Shown here: positions 13,200-26,076 of the stretch, in pieces
How the letters are laid out: each line of letters opens with the position of its first letter
Numbering within the stretch: position 1 is the stretch's first letter
Source: Sphyrna mokarran
Taxonomy: Eukaryota
Reading direction: 5' to 3'
Length of the DNA stretch: 64,000 nucleotides
Assembly (NCBI GenBank): GCA_024679065.1
Contig: JAGIQG010000004.1
Location: 73,222,001 to 73,286,000 of the forward strand
Translations under genes and position numbers: made by a program
Notes under the pieces: model-generated
Told to the model about the DNA's origin: nothing
Database searches by the model: none
The model's input: only the letters and a program-made list of their open reading frames with translations

Positions 13200-13895
13200 A
13201 ACAATAACATGCGGGAAAAGGACTGTTAGGAAATGCCAGACAATGACCACTTGCAACAAGAGTGAACCTAACATCACACCTCGACATTCAATGCATTATC
13301 ATCATTGAATCCCTCACTATCAACATCTGGAGGTTACCGTTGACCAGAACTGGATTAGCCATATAAATATTGAGGTCAAAAGATCAGGTTACAGGCTCGG
13401 AATTCTTCAGCGAGTAACTCATTTTCTGACTTCGTAAAGCCTATCCACCATCTGCAAGGCACAAGTCAGAATGCAATGGAATACTCTCCAATTGCATGGA
13501 TGAGTGCAAGTCCAACAACACTCAAGAAGCTTGACACCCTCCAAGATTTGGCAGCCCACTTGATTGGTACCCCTTTCATTCGTCCACCACCAACGAATGT
13601 GGCAACAGTGTGAACTATCTACCAGATGGACCTTCCGAACCAAGACCGCTACTAACTTGAAGGACAAGGGTAGCAGATACCAAAGAACACCACTGGGAAT
13701 TCCCTCCAAGACACTCACCATCCTGACAAGGAAATGTATCCCTGTTTCTTCACTGTCACTGGGTCAAGATTCAAGAACTCCCTCCCTAATAGCACTGTTG
13801 GTTCCCCACTACCTTCTCAAGTGCAACGAGAGATGAACAATAAATGTTGGCCTAGCCACTGAAACCTACATCCTGTCAAGAAAAACAAATTAAAA
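13200..13895 (+). mobile_element. CR1/L2-group LINE (second family), RT C-terminus and 3' tail
   Basis: Similarity to RLGILxRVTH..SLSTIxKAQVR..MEYSPxAWMSAxPTTLKKLD; tail aataaatgttggcctagcca. Confidence 0.85.
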
Positions 13896-14354
13896 AGATA
13901 ATCACAAAGTAATCTTGTATCCCAGATCTTACAATGGCTAGTGATAACAAAATAGTTACCCCATATTTCTCTTGAAAGTAATGAGGTAAAGTTTTTAATT
14001 ACAATTACTTCTTTTCTATAAAACTTCAAATCTAGTTTTTGATTTTGTCCACATGATTATGATTCAACAGTAAAACTATTTTTAATACTGTATTTAGTTT
14101 GAAACAAATGGACAATCAAGCATCAAATGATGCAGCCCAATGTTGAAACTATTACCCAATGGTTTGTAAAAATTAAAAACAAATGGGGGGAAAAAACCTC
14201 TGAGCTGATATTGCATCATTCATATACAATCAAAAATGCTTCTGGGCATAGTACCTCCCAACACCAAAATTATGTAATATCCCTTTTATTACTTCGACAT
14301 CACATAAACCTGCAATAGGTTATCAAAGGCACTGGACAGACAAACAGTAGGAAG

Positions 14355-14510
14355 AAACAAGATTTGCTTTATGTGGCACCTCTTGGGACCTCAAGATGTC
14401 CGAAGGCTTCAGAGTCAATTAACCATTTTTGAAGTGTCGTCACTGTTGTAATTAGGATATAACATAATGTGCTTTGTTTTTGCAATGAATCAATTAGCTG
14501 CCCCTGCAAT
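14355..14510 (-). mobile_element. DeuSINE 3' tail fragment
   Basis: Reverse complement resembles the 41290-41375 tail (acaacagtgac..cttcaaaa..gacatc..gaggt). Confidence 0.5.
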
Positions 14511-14964
14511 GATCTCTAGTTTATGAGCAGCATACTAGATGTATGTTACATTGTTCTGGGCTTCTATTTTGATTTGAATTTTCACCATCTTGTCACCATG
14601 CTTTTTATAACTTATAAAGCATCCTTCCAGAAACGATTTATGCTGCAAGTCTATTATATTTTTGTTTCTATTTGTTGCAATATTGATGTCAACCAAACAA
14701 TAACATAAATATCACAGATCTGTGCATTCTGTGTATTTTATGCAAATTAGTATGGTTACTGGTTACCAGTTTTTATGATCATAAAATCTGACTGTTCTTT
14801 AAATCTATAATATATGAAATAAGATTTTCGGTATTCTTGACAATTCAGGAATTTGTCAAAGAGCAATTAGATAGATACAGTTCCAGATGAGTAACCAAAA
14901 CTCTGCACTCAAATTGAGCAATATAAAAAAGAGTTTGCCCTATGTTGTTTTAATTGGTAGACTT

Positions 14965-16050
14965 TCTTTTATTCATTCAAAGGATGTGGATGTTGCTGGC
15001 TGGGCCAGCAATCATTGTGCAACTCTAATTGTCCTCATGAATATGGTGGTAAACTGATTTCTGGAACCATTGGACTTCACGTGGTGTAGATACACCCACA
15101 GTACTGTGAGGGAGTAAGTACTAGAATTTTAGCCCACTGTCAGTGAAGGAAAGGCAACATAATTCCAAGTCAGGATGTTAAATGGCTTGAAGGGGAATTT
15201 CCATGTGTCTGCTGCCCTTGTCCTTCTAGCTGACAATGGTCATGGGTTAGGAAGTTGCTGCCGAAGGAACCTTGGCGAGTTCCTGCAGTGCACTTCCAGA
15301 TGATACACACTGCTGCTACTGCGCAGTGGTGATGGATGGAGTGAATGTTTGTGGAATGGATGCAAATCAAGCAGGCTGCTTTGTCCCAGTGGTGTCAAGC
15401 TTCTTGAGTGCTGTTGGAGCTGCACTCATTCAGGCAAGGGAAGGCTATTCTATTACACGCCTAATTTATGCCTTGCAGATTGTGGAAAGGCAGGCAGTCA
15501 GAATGTGAGTATTCTGGTCAATAGGATCGTCCAGAGTTTTGATAGTGAATGAGCAGCTTAAGAAGGTTGGGGCTAGGTACTTCCCTGACGAGTTCCTGCA
15601 TGACATCCTGGAATTCAGATGACTGACCTCAAACAACCACAACCATTTTCTGTGTGCTTGGTATATGTCCAACAAGCAGAGAGTTCCCCCACCCGTCTTT
15701 TTCCAATAACTCCAGATTTGCTCGAGCTCCTTGATGTCACACTCAGTCAAATGCAGCCTTTATAACAAGGACAGTCACTCTCACCTTATTTCTGGAGTTC
15801 AACTCTTTTGTCCACATTTGAACCATGGCTATAATGCGATCAAGAGCTGGTGACTCTAGCGGAACCCAAACTGAGCATTAGTAGGATATCACTCACTCAA
15901 TAATATCGCTCAATAATTGTTATTACTGATAATTGATGGGATGGTAATTTACCGGATTGGATTTGTCCCGCTTATTGTGCACAGTACACAAGTGGGCAAT
16001 TTTCCGCATTGCTGGGTAGATGCAAGTGTTGAAGCTGTACTGGAACATTT
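14965..16050 (-). mobile_element. CR1/L2-group LINE (same family as 13200), internally deleted
   Basis: Antisense of MSAAPTALKKLDT and STICKA; tail ttttattcattc..gttgctggctgggccagca. Confidence 0.8.
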
Positions 16051-17118
16051 GGCTCAGATTGCAAAGGACTCTTACAAAGTCACATGACAGAATGAAAGGA
16101 GAGTAGAGTCTTTCAAGCTGACACTGAAATCATCAATATTTGACAATAACCTCATTGTTTCAAGGTTATCCTATTACCAGTCTTCTCTGGCTTAAAGAAT
16201 AATGGGTTGGATCTCGTGGTCCTAAGTGTGCAGGCATTGTCATGGGCAGGATGGAAACATATGGAGGACAGCCGAAATCTCCAAGTGTTTCCATCCTGCC
16301 TAAATTACATGAGCTGAACAGTAGAAGTGGAGAGATTGGTTAACAAGTTTATTGATGCCAGGTTTTGGATGTAAACCGAGATATAAATCAAGTCTGCTAC
16401 TTTGCCAGAAGAGCTGGCCAGAGACACCTGGAACTAGCCTCACCTTCAGAGAGAACGCAGGGTGCTTGGAGGAGGCACCTTGCAATGCTATCACTCAAAT
16501 TTCAGGAACTGAAATAAAAGGGGTTATTGAAAATACTCTTACAAGAAGGTGCCTGTAAATTTTCCATCATGATGCCACCGAAATGTTGCTGGATCAGCTT
16601 TTAGTTGAAGCATCATATTTTCAACCAGAACAGGAAACAATTATACTATGTAAGAATCATTCAGACCATAGATATTTTTTTAGTTCCCTCTGCATCTGTG
16701 CCTCGAATGGTTTCAGAAGTATTTTTTCCGAAAAGCAACACCCAGCAGAGACGTACTTTAAATTTTGACGGACTACCACTCCTGTGAATATCTAACCAAA
16801 AGAGTTAAAAGATTTTTTTAAAATTATATTTCTAGCTGCCAAAAAATCCACTCAGACATTTGTATCAACTTCTAGCTCTTCAGAAACCCCAGAAATTAGC
16901 CTCATTTTAGACTCACAAGTTCCATTTGCAAGGCCCTTTTTTAGTACAAAATTGGGTGACTGTTATCCTTTTTCTCAGAATGTCTCTTTCCAACTAGTTG
17001 TTTCCCATCCTTTGCCTTTCTTATAGGTTTATCTGCAAGTTTACCTTAACCATCAAAACTTCACAGTCATGAATATTTTTACTTCTGGTATAGTTCTCTT
17101 CTGTAGTCTTCACTGAAG

Positions 17119-17797
17119 TGTTAGGGACCAGGTATATTATGAAGTTAGAGTAAACCTCAACTTTATTTTTGGCATTAATGTGAGGATGTAGTGTTTCACT
17201 CCAGGTATGATTCCACTGACACGCTGGGAAGCTTTTACAACAACAAACTTGATTTTTAACAACAGTTTAAATATAATCAATGAATTAGCTCAACTTCTAA
17301 CAACTGAAACACTTAAACATGACAAGATACAATTCTTAAATGCTAATCTATCTCTATTAGCTCCAATTTAAGCAATATTCCTCAAAGACTTAAACCCCCT
17401 TTCAAAATCAACTAGCAAACAGCACATACTTACGTAGTTTTTCCTTGTTACCAATCCTGGAGTCTTTGGACACAATTGGCCTGTGGATACGATAGTTTTG
17501 TCATATGTGAGGATCATGTTACCAATATCCAGTCATATTGAGTTCCTCAGGACCTTCCTCACAAAACACATGAGCATTTGGGTCCCTGATGCTCCTTTAC
17601 TTCTATCAGCTGCTCAGAGTCTGAGTTATCGTTATTCATTTCATTCAATCATGAGAAGTGAACCTTAACAGTTTGCTTGCAATGTCTGTAGGTACTGTTT
17701 TACCATCATGATCTTACCAAGGACATTCCCATGATACTCTCTTTTATAATACATCAAATCTCCTGACTTAAACTCAGTCTCAGATAGATTCATAAAA
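17119..17797. mobile_element. Solo LTR-like repeat
   Basis: Starts TGTTAGGGACCAGGT (compare tcttacaatcaggt at 31383); ends ttcataaaa next to a SINE; no TSD seen. Confidence 0.45.
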
Positions 17798-18217
17798 TCA
17801 TAGAAATCTTACACTGCAGAAGAAGGCCATTCAACCCATCAAGTCTGCACCAATTCTTCGAAAGAGCATCTTACTAATTTCATTGCGGTAACCCCGCACG
17901 TTTACAGTGGCCAATCCCCCTAAACTACATGTCTTGGGACACTAAGAGGCAATTTAGCATGACCAATCCACCATCTAACCTGTACTTCTTTTGGATTGAN
18001 NNNNNNNNNNNNNNNNNNNNNNNNNNNNNNNNNNNNNNNNNNNNNNNNNNNNNNNNNNNNNNNNNNNNNNNNNNNNNNNNNNNNNNNNNNNNNNNNNNNN
18101 NNNNNNNNNNNNNNNNNNNNNNNNNNNNNNNNNNNNNNNNNNNNNNNNNNNNAATCACCCTAGGCCAGATTCGAACATGGATCCCTGGCACTGTGCGGCA
18201 CTGAGTACCATGCTGCC
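17795..18217 (-). mobile_element. HE1-type V-SINE spanning the assembly gap
   Basis: Tail gaagaaggccattcaacccatc left of the gap; head ccctggcactgtgcggcac..ccatgctgccc right of it. Confidence 0.85.
18000..18152. other. Assembly gap (153 N)
   Basis: Run of n. Confidence 1.
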
Positions 18218-18377
18218 CATGGTGCACACACTGCTTCAATGATCTCTTGAGTTTTCTTCCACAGGTCAGCCTTGATGATATTCTATCTCTCTGCATGTAA
18301 CACAGTAAAATGTACAGGAAAAAATAACTTAGTACATTCATGACCAGGAGGAATACTACAAATATACTACAAGGCAA

Positions 18378-19013
18378 TCAAGTCGATAAGGTTGTTAAGA
18401 AGGCATATGGAGTCTTGGCTTTTATTGGTAGGGGGATTGAATTTCGGAGCCGCAATGTCATGTTGCAACTGTACAAAACTCTAGTGCTGCCGCACTTGGA
18501 GTATTGTGTGCAGTTCTGGTCCCCACATTATAAGAAAGATGTGGAGGCATGGGAGAGGGTACAGAGGAGGTTTACCAGGATGTTGCCTGGTATGGAGGGC
18601 AGGTCTTATGAAGAGAGGCTGAGGGATTTCAGGTTGTTTTCGTTAGAAAGGAGGCGGCTAAGAGGAGACCTTATTGAAACATATATGATGATTTAGATAG
18701 GGTGGACAGTGATAGCCTTTTTCCTAGGATGGAGAAAGCTAGCACGAGGGGACATAGCTTTAAATTAAGCGGTGGTAGTTATAGGATGGATGTCAGAGGT
18801 AGGTTCTTTACCCAGAGGGTGGTAAGGGTATGGAATGCCCTGCCTGCTGCAGTTTTAGATGCGCCAAGTTTGGTGGCGTTTAAGAGGTTAGTAGATAAGT
18901 TTATGGATGAAAAGGGAATGGTTTAGGTTAGAGGGTCATTGCTTTTTCTTAATTGGTCGGCGCAACATCGAAGGCCGAAGGGCCTGTTCTGCGCTGTAAT
19001 GTTCTACGTTCTA
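18378..19013 (+). mobile_element. CR1/HER1 LINE 3' end, relatively young
   Basis: QVDKVVKKAYGVLAFIGRGIEFRS..LEYCVQFWSPHY..VQRRFTRMLPG; RGRFFTQRVVRVWNALP; tail ggccgaagggcctgttctgcgctg; CpGs largely retained. Confidence 0.95.
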
Positions 19014-20069
19014 CACAGATGAAATGGCAATTTACGATTTCACCCACAGACTAACTTAAGGAGATTATTTCCACTAACCCACAGCTTATAAATCATTTGC
19101 ATAACCTTTTCATTGCACTGTGGTTGTCAACTTACAGTTCTGACTGAAAACCAGTGTGTTTTTCTCTAGAAACACAGCCAGCTTTTCTCATCAGATCTTC
19201 AGACATTACATCAAAATAAAATTCTGGGGTGAAACTTGTTGGGTGGGATCCAATACAGTCAGTGAGGTCGGTTCTACAGAGATCAGAAAATCCTACACTT
19301 ACTTCCCACCTCCTCCATGTGGTCAATCCAACTGATTTTCATTTCCAAAACCCAGTAATGAATCACGTCAGCATGACATCATGCCATCAGGAGGGAGTAT
19401 TCAGCCCAGCAAGACATTACATTTAAAGCTATATAATGACATTTATATTAATTAAAATTCATGCAGATCAGAAAAGAGAGATCTCAAACCGAGATCACTC
19501 AGCGCAAATCCCATTACGGCTTATCATGAGATACTGCAATCATATTAGGATTTGTACGTGTGACTAATGGATACATTAAATCACACCCATGATGTCTATT
19601 CTGAAAAGTTCTGAAACATAACCACAAAAATATAAAATAGGCATAGCTGAACAAGTTTTAAAACTGCTAATTCATCTGGTTTAAGTGTTTCAAAACTATG
19701 AGAAAAATGACATTAAGAATGTCAGAATTTGTCTTCTCTTAAACTGCAGAGCAGTAATTACACAAGTAACATTTATTGGAAAAATGTGTAAGAAACATGA
19801 AATTTATCAAGATAGGATTTAACACTACAAAATTCAAATATCATTGGGCAATTGTAACTTATGATGGATTTTGACTGGACAGTACAATCTTTTAACAAAA
19901 CGTCCTGCTCATCTTGGAAAGATGAGTAAAATTATCACCATAAAAAGTGATTCAGGATTCTAGCTGGTCAATGTGAGAATAGCACAGTTGATAAGATATG
20001 ACCATTCACTGTGATCATACACATAACAAATGTTATAACATCTTAAATGTCTTCTGTTAGGATGGAAGA

Positions 20070-20412
20070 TCTAGGATTTTGACCTGGCAACAGTGAAAAA
20101 AGAGTAATATATTTCCAAGGCAGGATGGTGAGTGACTTGGACAGGAACCTTCAGGTGATGGTTTTCCAAAGTATCTACTGCTCTTGTCCTTCTAGATAGT
20201 AGTGGTTGTGGTTTTAGAAGGAGCTGTCTAAGAAACCTTGGTGAGTTTGTCAAGTGTATCTTGTAGATGATACAGATAGCTGCAGCTGTTCATTTACAAG
20301 CTACAATGGAGGAATTGAATACAATGGTGGAAGGGGTAGCAATCAAACAGGCTGCTTTGTCTCAGATAGTGCTAAGCTTCTTGAGTGATGTTAGAGCTGC
20401 ACCTATCCTGGC
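20070..20412 (-). mobile_element. CR1/L2-group LINE fragment (family of 13200)
   Basis: Collinear with 15120-15435 (gtccttctag..aaccttgg..aagcttcttgagtg). Confidence 0.8.
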
Positions 20413-21232
20413 AAATATTTTGGCTGTTCTGCCGTAACTTACCAACCATATATTTTTAAGGTTTTTGTCAAATTCTGTTCTTAAATGTAAAAATATATTT
20501 CTAATGTGTACTCATCAACCTGATAGCACAAATAATAGCCAAGTGGCACATTACTAGACATTAATATCATGCCAAATCTCTTATTAGAGCATTTTTTCAA
20601 CTCTTAACCTTGAGCTGAATTGTAATATGAATGCTGTTATGACCTTCCCTTCAGAGGAAAATAATGTGAAAAATGTATCAGAAAATCTTGCTATGTGCAT
20701 ATCGATAGCTAATTGCATAATACATATACAAAGGGCTTTTTGAGTGGAATCAAGTTTTTGCCTCTGTTTTGACATCTTTTAAAATTGTAGCCTTTTCATT
20801 CCTATAGAATCAGCCAATGGTATCTTTTCTTACCCATGATTGGATTTCTGATATTTAAACAGATTGGCACCACAGTCGGGGCAGTGGGAGGTTGTAATGG
20901 CAAAAATTCATCTGATCTTGATTTCTCAAACTCAGATGAATTAAAAGACAATTAAAAATGGATACAACTGTCTCAAATAAAACCAATAGTTCTTTCAGTA
21001 GCATGTCCTGCTGTGCAGTGAACAACAAACAGAGGCTTCTAGGTTCTTTATTAGAAAGAACTTAGATTTTTTTTCCTGTGGTTATAGATGTTCTTTAAAT
21101 GATTCAGCTTGGGAGTAGAAATTATCATGAGTAATAATAATAGAAAAAAGATTGAGCATATTCATATGCAACCCTCATGTTCACTATTTTAACTGAGGCA
21201 ATAACCCACTCTTTTCCAATGAGTTAGTACTA

Positions 21233-21778
21233 TCACGGTGGCACAGTAGTTAGCACGGCTGCCCTACAATGTTAGGGATCCAGGTTCAATTCCAGCTTTG
21301 GGTGACTGTTTGTGTGGAATTTGCACATTCTCCCTATGTCTAGATGGATTTCCTCCAGGTACTCCAGTTTCCTCCCACAGTCTAAAGATATATGGGTTAA
21401 GTTGACTGGCCATGCTGAATGGCATCTTAATGTCAGGAGGATTAGCAGATAAATACACAAGGTTACAGAGATAGAGACTGGGTTGGTGTTGATGCAGGCT
21501 TGTCTACTAAGTTTTCAGGGGCAGGAGACTCTTCACCAAAATCCCTTTATTTACAATTTCAATAGCAGTACGCAGAGTACCATCAATCAGCAGTCTATCT
21601 TCAGGAGTGCCAGAGAAACTGATATTACTGGTTAAATACAAGGAAAAGACCATGATTGGCCATCAACTGAATCCTTAATCAGGGAGTTCATATTCCAATT
21701 GGTCAACTTCAGTGACCTGATTGAAGTCATGACAGTTCAATGGGCTAGATGGCTTCCTTCCATAGAGATTCTGTGATC
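21233..21778 (+). mobile_element. HE1-type V-SINE split by a solo LTR
   Basis: cacggtggcacagtagttagcac..ggttcaattcc head and V-domain; tail resumes at 21735 (caatgggctagatggc..gattctgtgat). Confidence 0.9.
21501..21734 (-). mobile_element. Solo LTR (234 bp), probably Gypsy
   Basis: TGTC...GACA termini; AATAAA on the minus strand near 21546; interrupts the SINE tail cleanly. Confidence 0.6.
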
Positions 21779-23924
21779 ATCCCAACAGTAGACATGAGAA
21801 TGCCCTATGAACAAGTCAACCATTTTATCATTATAATTGCCAATTATTTCAATTACACAACCACCAACCTACCGCAGCACACTATACTATTACACCAAAA
21901 AGATTAAAAAAACACCCTGTGGTTAACTTAGCTACATTCCTCTTCTCTGTGTGGCAATCGGGCAAGCTCCCACTAATTCCAAGTTACACCGCAACTTAAT
22001 GCTTACAAATGGAAAAAACTCTCTCCTCTCAGGAACAGCTCCCATTTGAAGGAGTGCAAGGAATCTATATTTACTAAACAATCAGTTCAGGAAAGCAATC
22101 CTTTTCAGGGAATATATATGGTTCCCAAATTGTAATCTAGCTCTCTGTTCACTTACTTTACACAAATATAAGGGAAAAGAACATGTTGATATCAACTAAG
22201 ATTTGGATGAACAGCTAGTTATTATGCCTGAAGACCCCTATAATACTTAGATGTCCTGAATTCACAAAGTTAACAGTGCAAAGTTAACAGGGCCTGGTAT
22301 CAATAAACACTAGGGAAGAGGTTACAAAGAGCCATAGGGAGACGAAGGACAGATAGTTCTTGGGACAGTAAACACTGCCTTGTGAACATATGCAAATTGT
22401 TCAATGTAAAACCCAAAACAGACATTGATGGAATGCAGAAAATGCCTTGCTTATGTGAATCAACAAATAGGCATGGTTCTTCAGCTAGTGAGAGTTCTGC
22501 CTCAGAGGACTCTTCTCTGAGATTGTGACTTCACAACACATTGGCTAATAAGCAATCATTCTGGGTATCCTGAGATCATTTTGGATAATAACCTGCTCCA
22601 CAATAATGGGAAGATTGCTTTTCATACTAATGCTGAACATCTGAAATTCAGTTCAGATGCTCCAACCACATTGCTGGCTTGTTAACATCTAGGGAAAACA
22701 GGAATGGGATTAGGCCATTCAATTGGATTCATCCTCAGTTACATTTTTTGAACTTTGTTACGCATATCTTGATAATCCCACCAATCAAAAATGTGGACTT
22801 GATGAACCACGTGTACTGTTCTGAGACAAGTTCTCAGCCTTTCCTTACCATTTTGTGGACATGCTGCTACAAACAGGCCTCAGTTTGCAACACCAGTGCT
22901 GAACATCACCCAATATCAGCTCCAATGAGAATTTACTTCAATACTCATAATAGTTACTCCAAGATATTACTTCCTTGAGTATATGCTGCAGACACCGAAA
23001 TCATGTAAACACTACAGCCTTTCATTTTCTGTCAGAAAATCTTTTTAAGAATAGATTTATTACACAAATCCCAAATCATCAATTCTGATATAAAACATGC
23101 TGGAGACCTCCATTAGCAGATAGAACAGAAGAAAAATGTTGATTTAGTTCTTGAACTTTAGGCTTTGTCTGTGAATTGCCTCCTTAGCCAACTGGACTAC
23201 ATACTTCCATTCATGTGTCTTTTATGATATCAAACAAATTACTGAAAAATTAAAGACTGGGTGGGAGAAGCTTATATTCAAGTAACTATTTAATGTAAAG
23301 CAACATTCATTGCTGCAACATATACCATAGCTATACTTTGCTCAGTTCTAACCTGGTTATTACCTCTTTTGGGTGATCATATCGTTTCAGGTGTTGTGGA
23401 AAATGTACATATTGAGACATACAAGATATCATAATTGTGTAAACCAGATGATCATTTTCTGTCCAATATTCTGTACAATATACAGTGGAAAAAATTATTA
23501 CAATCTTACTGTTCAAATTATAGGGTACAATATACTTTCTGCAAGTCCATAATGGAACATTTGGAATTTGCTCACCACTGTGTGGGCTTGGCAAAAAAAT
23601 GTTATATTGGAAATACTCACCCAAAGATAACAGTAATGTTAAATATGCAAACATAATATGATGACATGGAGAATATCAAAAGCAAGTTGAAAGCAGCACA
23701 CCTTCTGGAGACAAGGAGGTCAGCATAATTTGTTTCAGCTGAGTGAGGGAGATTTCTAGACAACGATCATGTATCACAGGGCTGAGTCATCATTGTGTGT
23801 TCGCAAAGTATACTAGAAGGATTTGTTTTTACTGTGAGGTAAATGCTCCAACTGTTGGAATAGCATACTTGGATTGTGGGGCAAGATAGGATATCTCAGA
23901 ACAGAATAATGTTCCACAACCAGA

Positions 23925-24950
23925 ACACAGGAACAGGAATAAACCATTCAGCTCCTGGAACCTGTTCCACATTCTGTTAGATCATGGCTGAACAGTGCAC
24001 CAACTGAATTTGTCCTCCTCTACTCTGTATCCCTTGATAGCCTTCTCTAACAAAATCTAACTTCAGTCTTGAAAATTTCAAACGACCCAAAACGTACTGA
24101 CTTTTTGAAGAAGGATTTCAAATTACCACTAATCTTTGGGTGAAAGACAAATAGCTTATTTCAATCCTGAATCCTCTCTTGTTCTGGATTAACCCATCAG
24201 AAGATATACCTTCTCTGTGCCTACCCAATTCAATCTCGTCATCATTTTAAAGACATAATGATATGTTACAGATGAGGGATTGTCCAATGAGAAGCTAACT
24301 AAATTGGGCTTATATTTTTGTGCAGTTTAGAAAAATAAGAGGCAATGGCATTATAACTTAGAGAATCCTAAAGGAGCATGATAGCATAGGCAGTGAGAGA
24401 CTGTTCTCGCTGGCTGTAGAATCTAAAACATGGGGACACAGAATCGGGATAAGGGGCTGATCATTTACTGCTATGATGAGGAGAAATTACTTCACTCAAA
24501 AGGTTGTGAACATTTGGAATTCTCTACACCATAAGGTTGGAATGCTCCATTATTGAATATATTTAACGTTGGGATAGACAGATTTTTGGTCTCTCAAAGA
24601 ATTAAGGGATATGGGGAGTAGGCAGGAAAAAGGAGTTGAAGTCCAACGTCAGCCATGATCACACTGAATGGTGCAGCAGGCTCAATAGGTCATGTAGTCC
24701 ATTCCGGCTTCTATTTTTGTGTTCTTGTAGATCATCCTCAAACACCTTAATTCACAGAGTACAAGTCAAGTGTGTGCAAAATGTACTCACAATTTAACTC
24801 CCTCTCCAGTGTTATTCTGCTGAATCTTTCCTGTAATACTTCCAGAGTCAATATATCTTTCTGAAGTTCAATGCCCAAAACTGAATCGGGCTATTTAAGA
24901 CACTGTCCCACCCAATTGATGTATAGCTCCTTATAATGATTCATAGTTAT
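23925..24950 (-). mobile_element. CR1 3' fragment containing a nested opposite-strand CR1
   Basis: Tail aggaataaaccattcagctcc at the left; antisense RT resumes after 24730. Confidence 0.7.
24265..24728 (+). mobile_element. CR1 3' end (nested)
   Basis: MRRNYFTQKVVNIWNSL; tail cagccatgatcacactgaatggtgcagcaggctc. Confidence 0.85.
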
Positions 24951-26076
24951 CCAACTCCACTGGAAATCCTATAATACTTTAGAATTCATCAAAGTCCTTT
25001 GTAGAGACATAAACACATCGTCTACCTGAAAAAGGAAACACAATGCTGCTACAGGGTTTCACAGCCTTAGAAGAATATACCTCAATTCCAAGGATGTTCT
25101 TAAGTGGTTGGAAGTAGCAAAATTGCAGAAGTGAGTTGCTGTGGTGACATTTGTTTATGCTTACTGAGCAGCTGCATTGCACAACAGAAGGGCAAAAAAA
25201 CCAAGAATGTACACATTGGCTTGAAAGGTCTACACTAACATTAACAAGAGTTTCCTTTATGCTGGTTAATGGTCTGAAACTGATTGCTAGCAGCACAGGT
25301 ACTCCTGAAATTGGCCTCACAGTTGGAGCTTTCAGCCGACAGCAAAAACAAATCCTTGTGTACATTTTGCAAAGTCTCTGTGCACTTTAGTCCTACAGTG
25401 TCTTCAAACAGGCACACAATAAGGGCTCAGTCCTGTGAGATGTTTTGTACAAGACAGGAGCCAGGAAATCTCAAGTCAGCTGCCAACTTTCCCCTCCCCC
25501 AAGTGCACTGTTCACAGCTTGCTTTTGAGAAGCTCCATGTCACTGTATTCTCCTAAAGGTTTTGCTTTTCATCAAGACTTCAAGTGAGAGGATTCAATGG
25601 ACTGAGGTAAGACACAGGTTGTACGGAGCATAAACAGCAATATAGATCTTAAATTCTAAGGAATCACAGGTAATATGGTTTAAACTTCCATTTTCATAAA
25701 GCTGGAATTCTCCTCCTCACTCCTTTTCTTTCACCACCTGACAGAAAATTCGTAATACAAAGATACAAGTAAGGAAGGCTGGTGAAGTGGTGCAGCATAT
25801 TCAAAACCCAAAATTCTGCTCCCTGTAGAGCATTAGAAAATACATTTTGCAATTCAAGAACTCAGCATTCAATAATGGTTACATTTTAAACAGCAGCCAG
25901 CACACAACACCAATAGTGTAGGATTCATGCAGCAGTGGCTGTGATGCCTAATGTTTATTCATAATACCTAATCAAATCTGTTAAATTAAAAGTAAATCCA
26001 TTTTCACCATTAAACATCGATTCATAAGAACTGGAGGATTTCAGGCACTTGAGACTGAAAACTAGTAGACGGTGGG

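Noticed and set aside
17925-18377. 150-aa and 91-aa ORFs
   Set aside because: Artefacts of translating through Ns inside a SINE. The 153-N gap also exceeds the roughly 70 bp expected missing from the SINE, so its size is probably an estimate
21233-21310. tRNA genes at SINE heads (also 455, ~7250, 35001)
   Set aside because: The A/B boxes run into SINE bodies; no complete cloverleaf
24979-25365. 128-aa Cys-rich minus-strand ORF
   Set aside because: No recognisable motif spacing or homology
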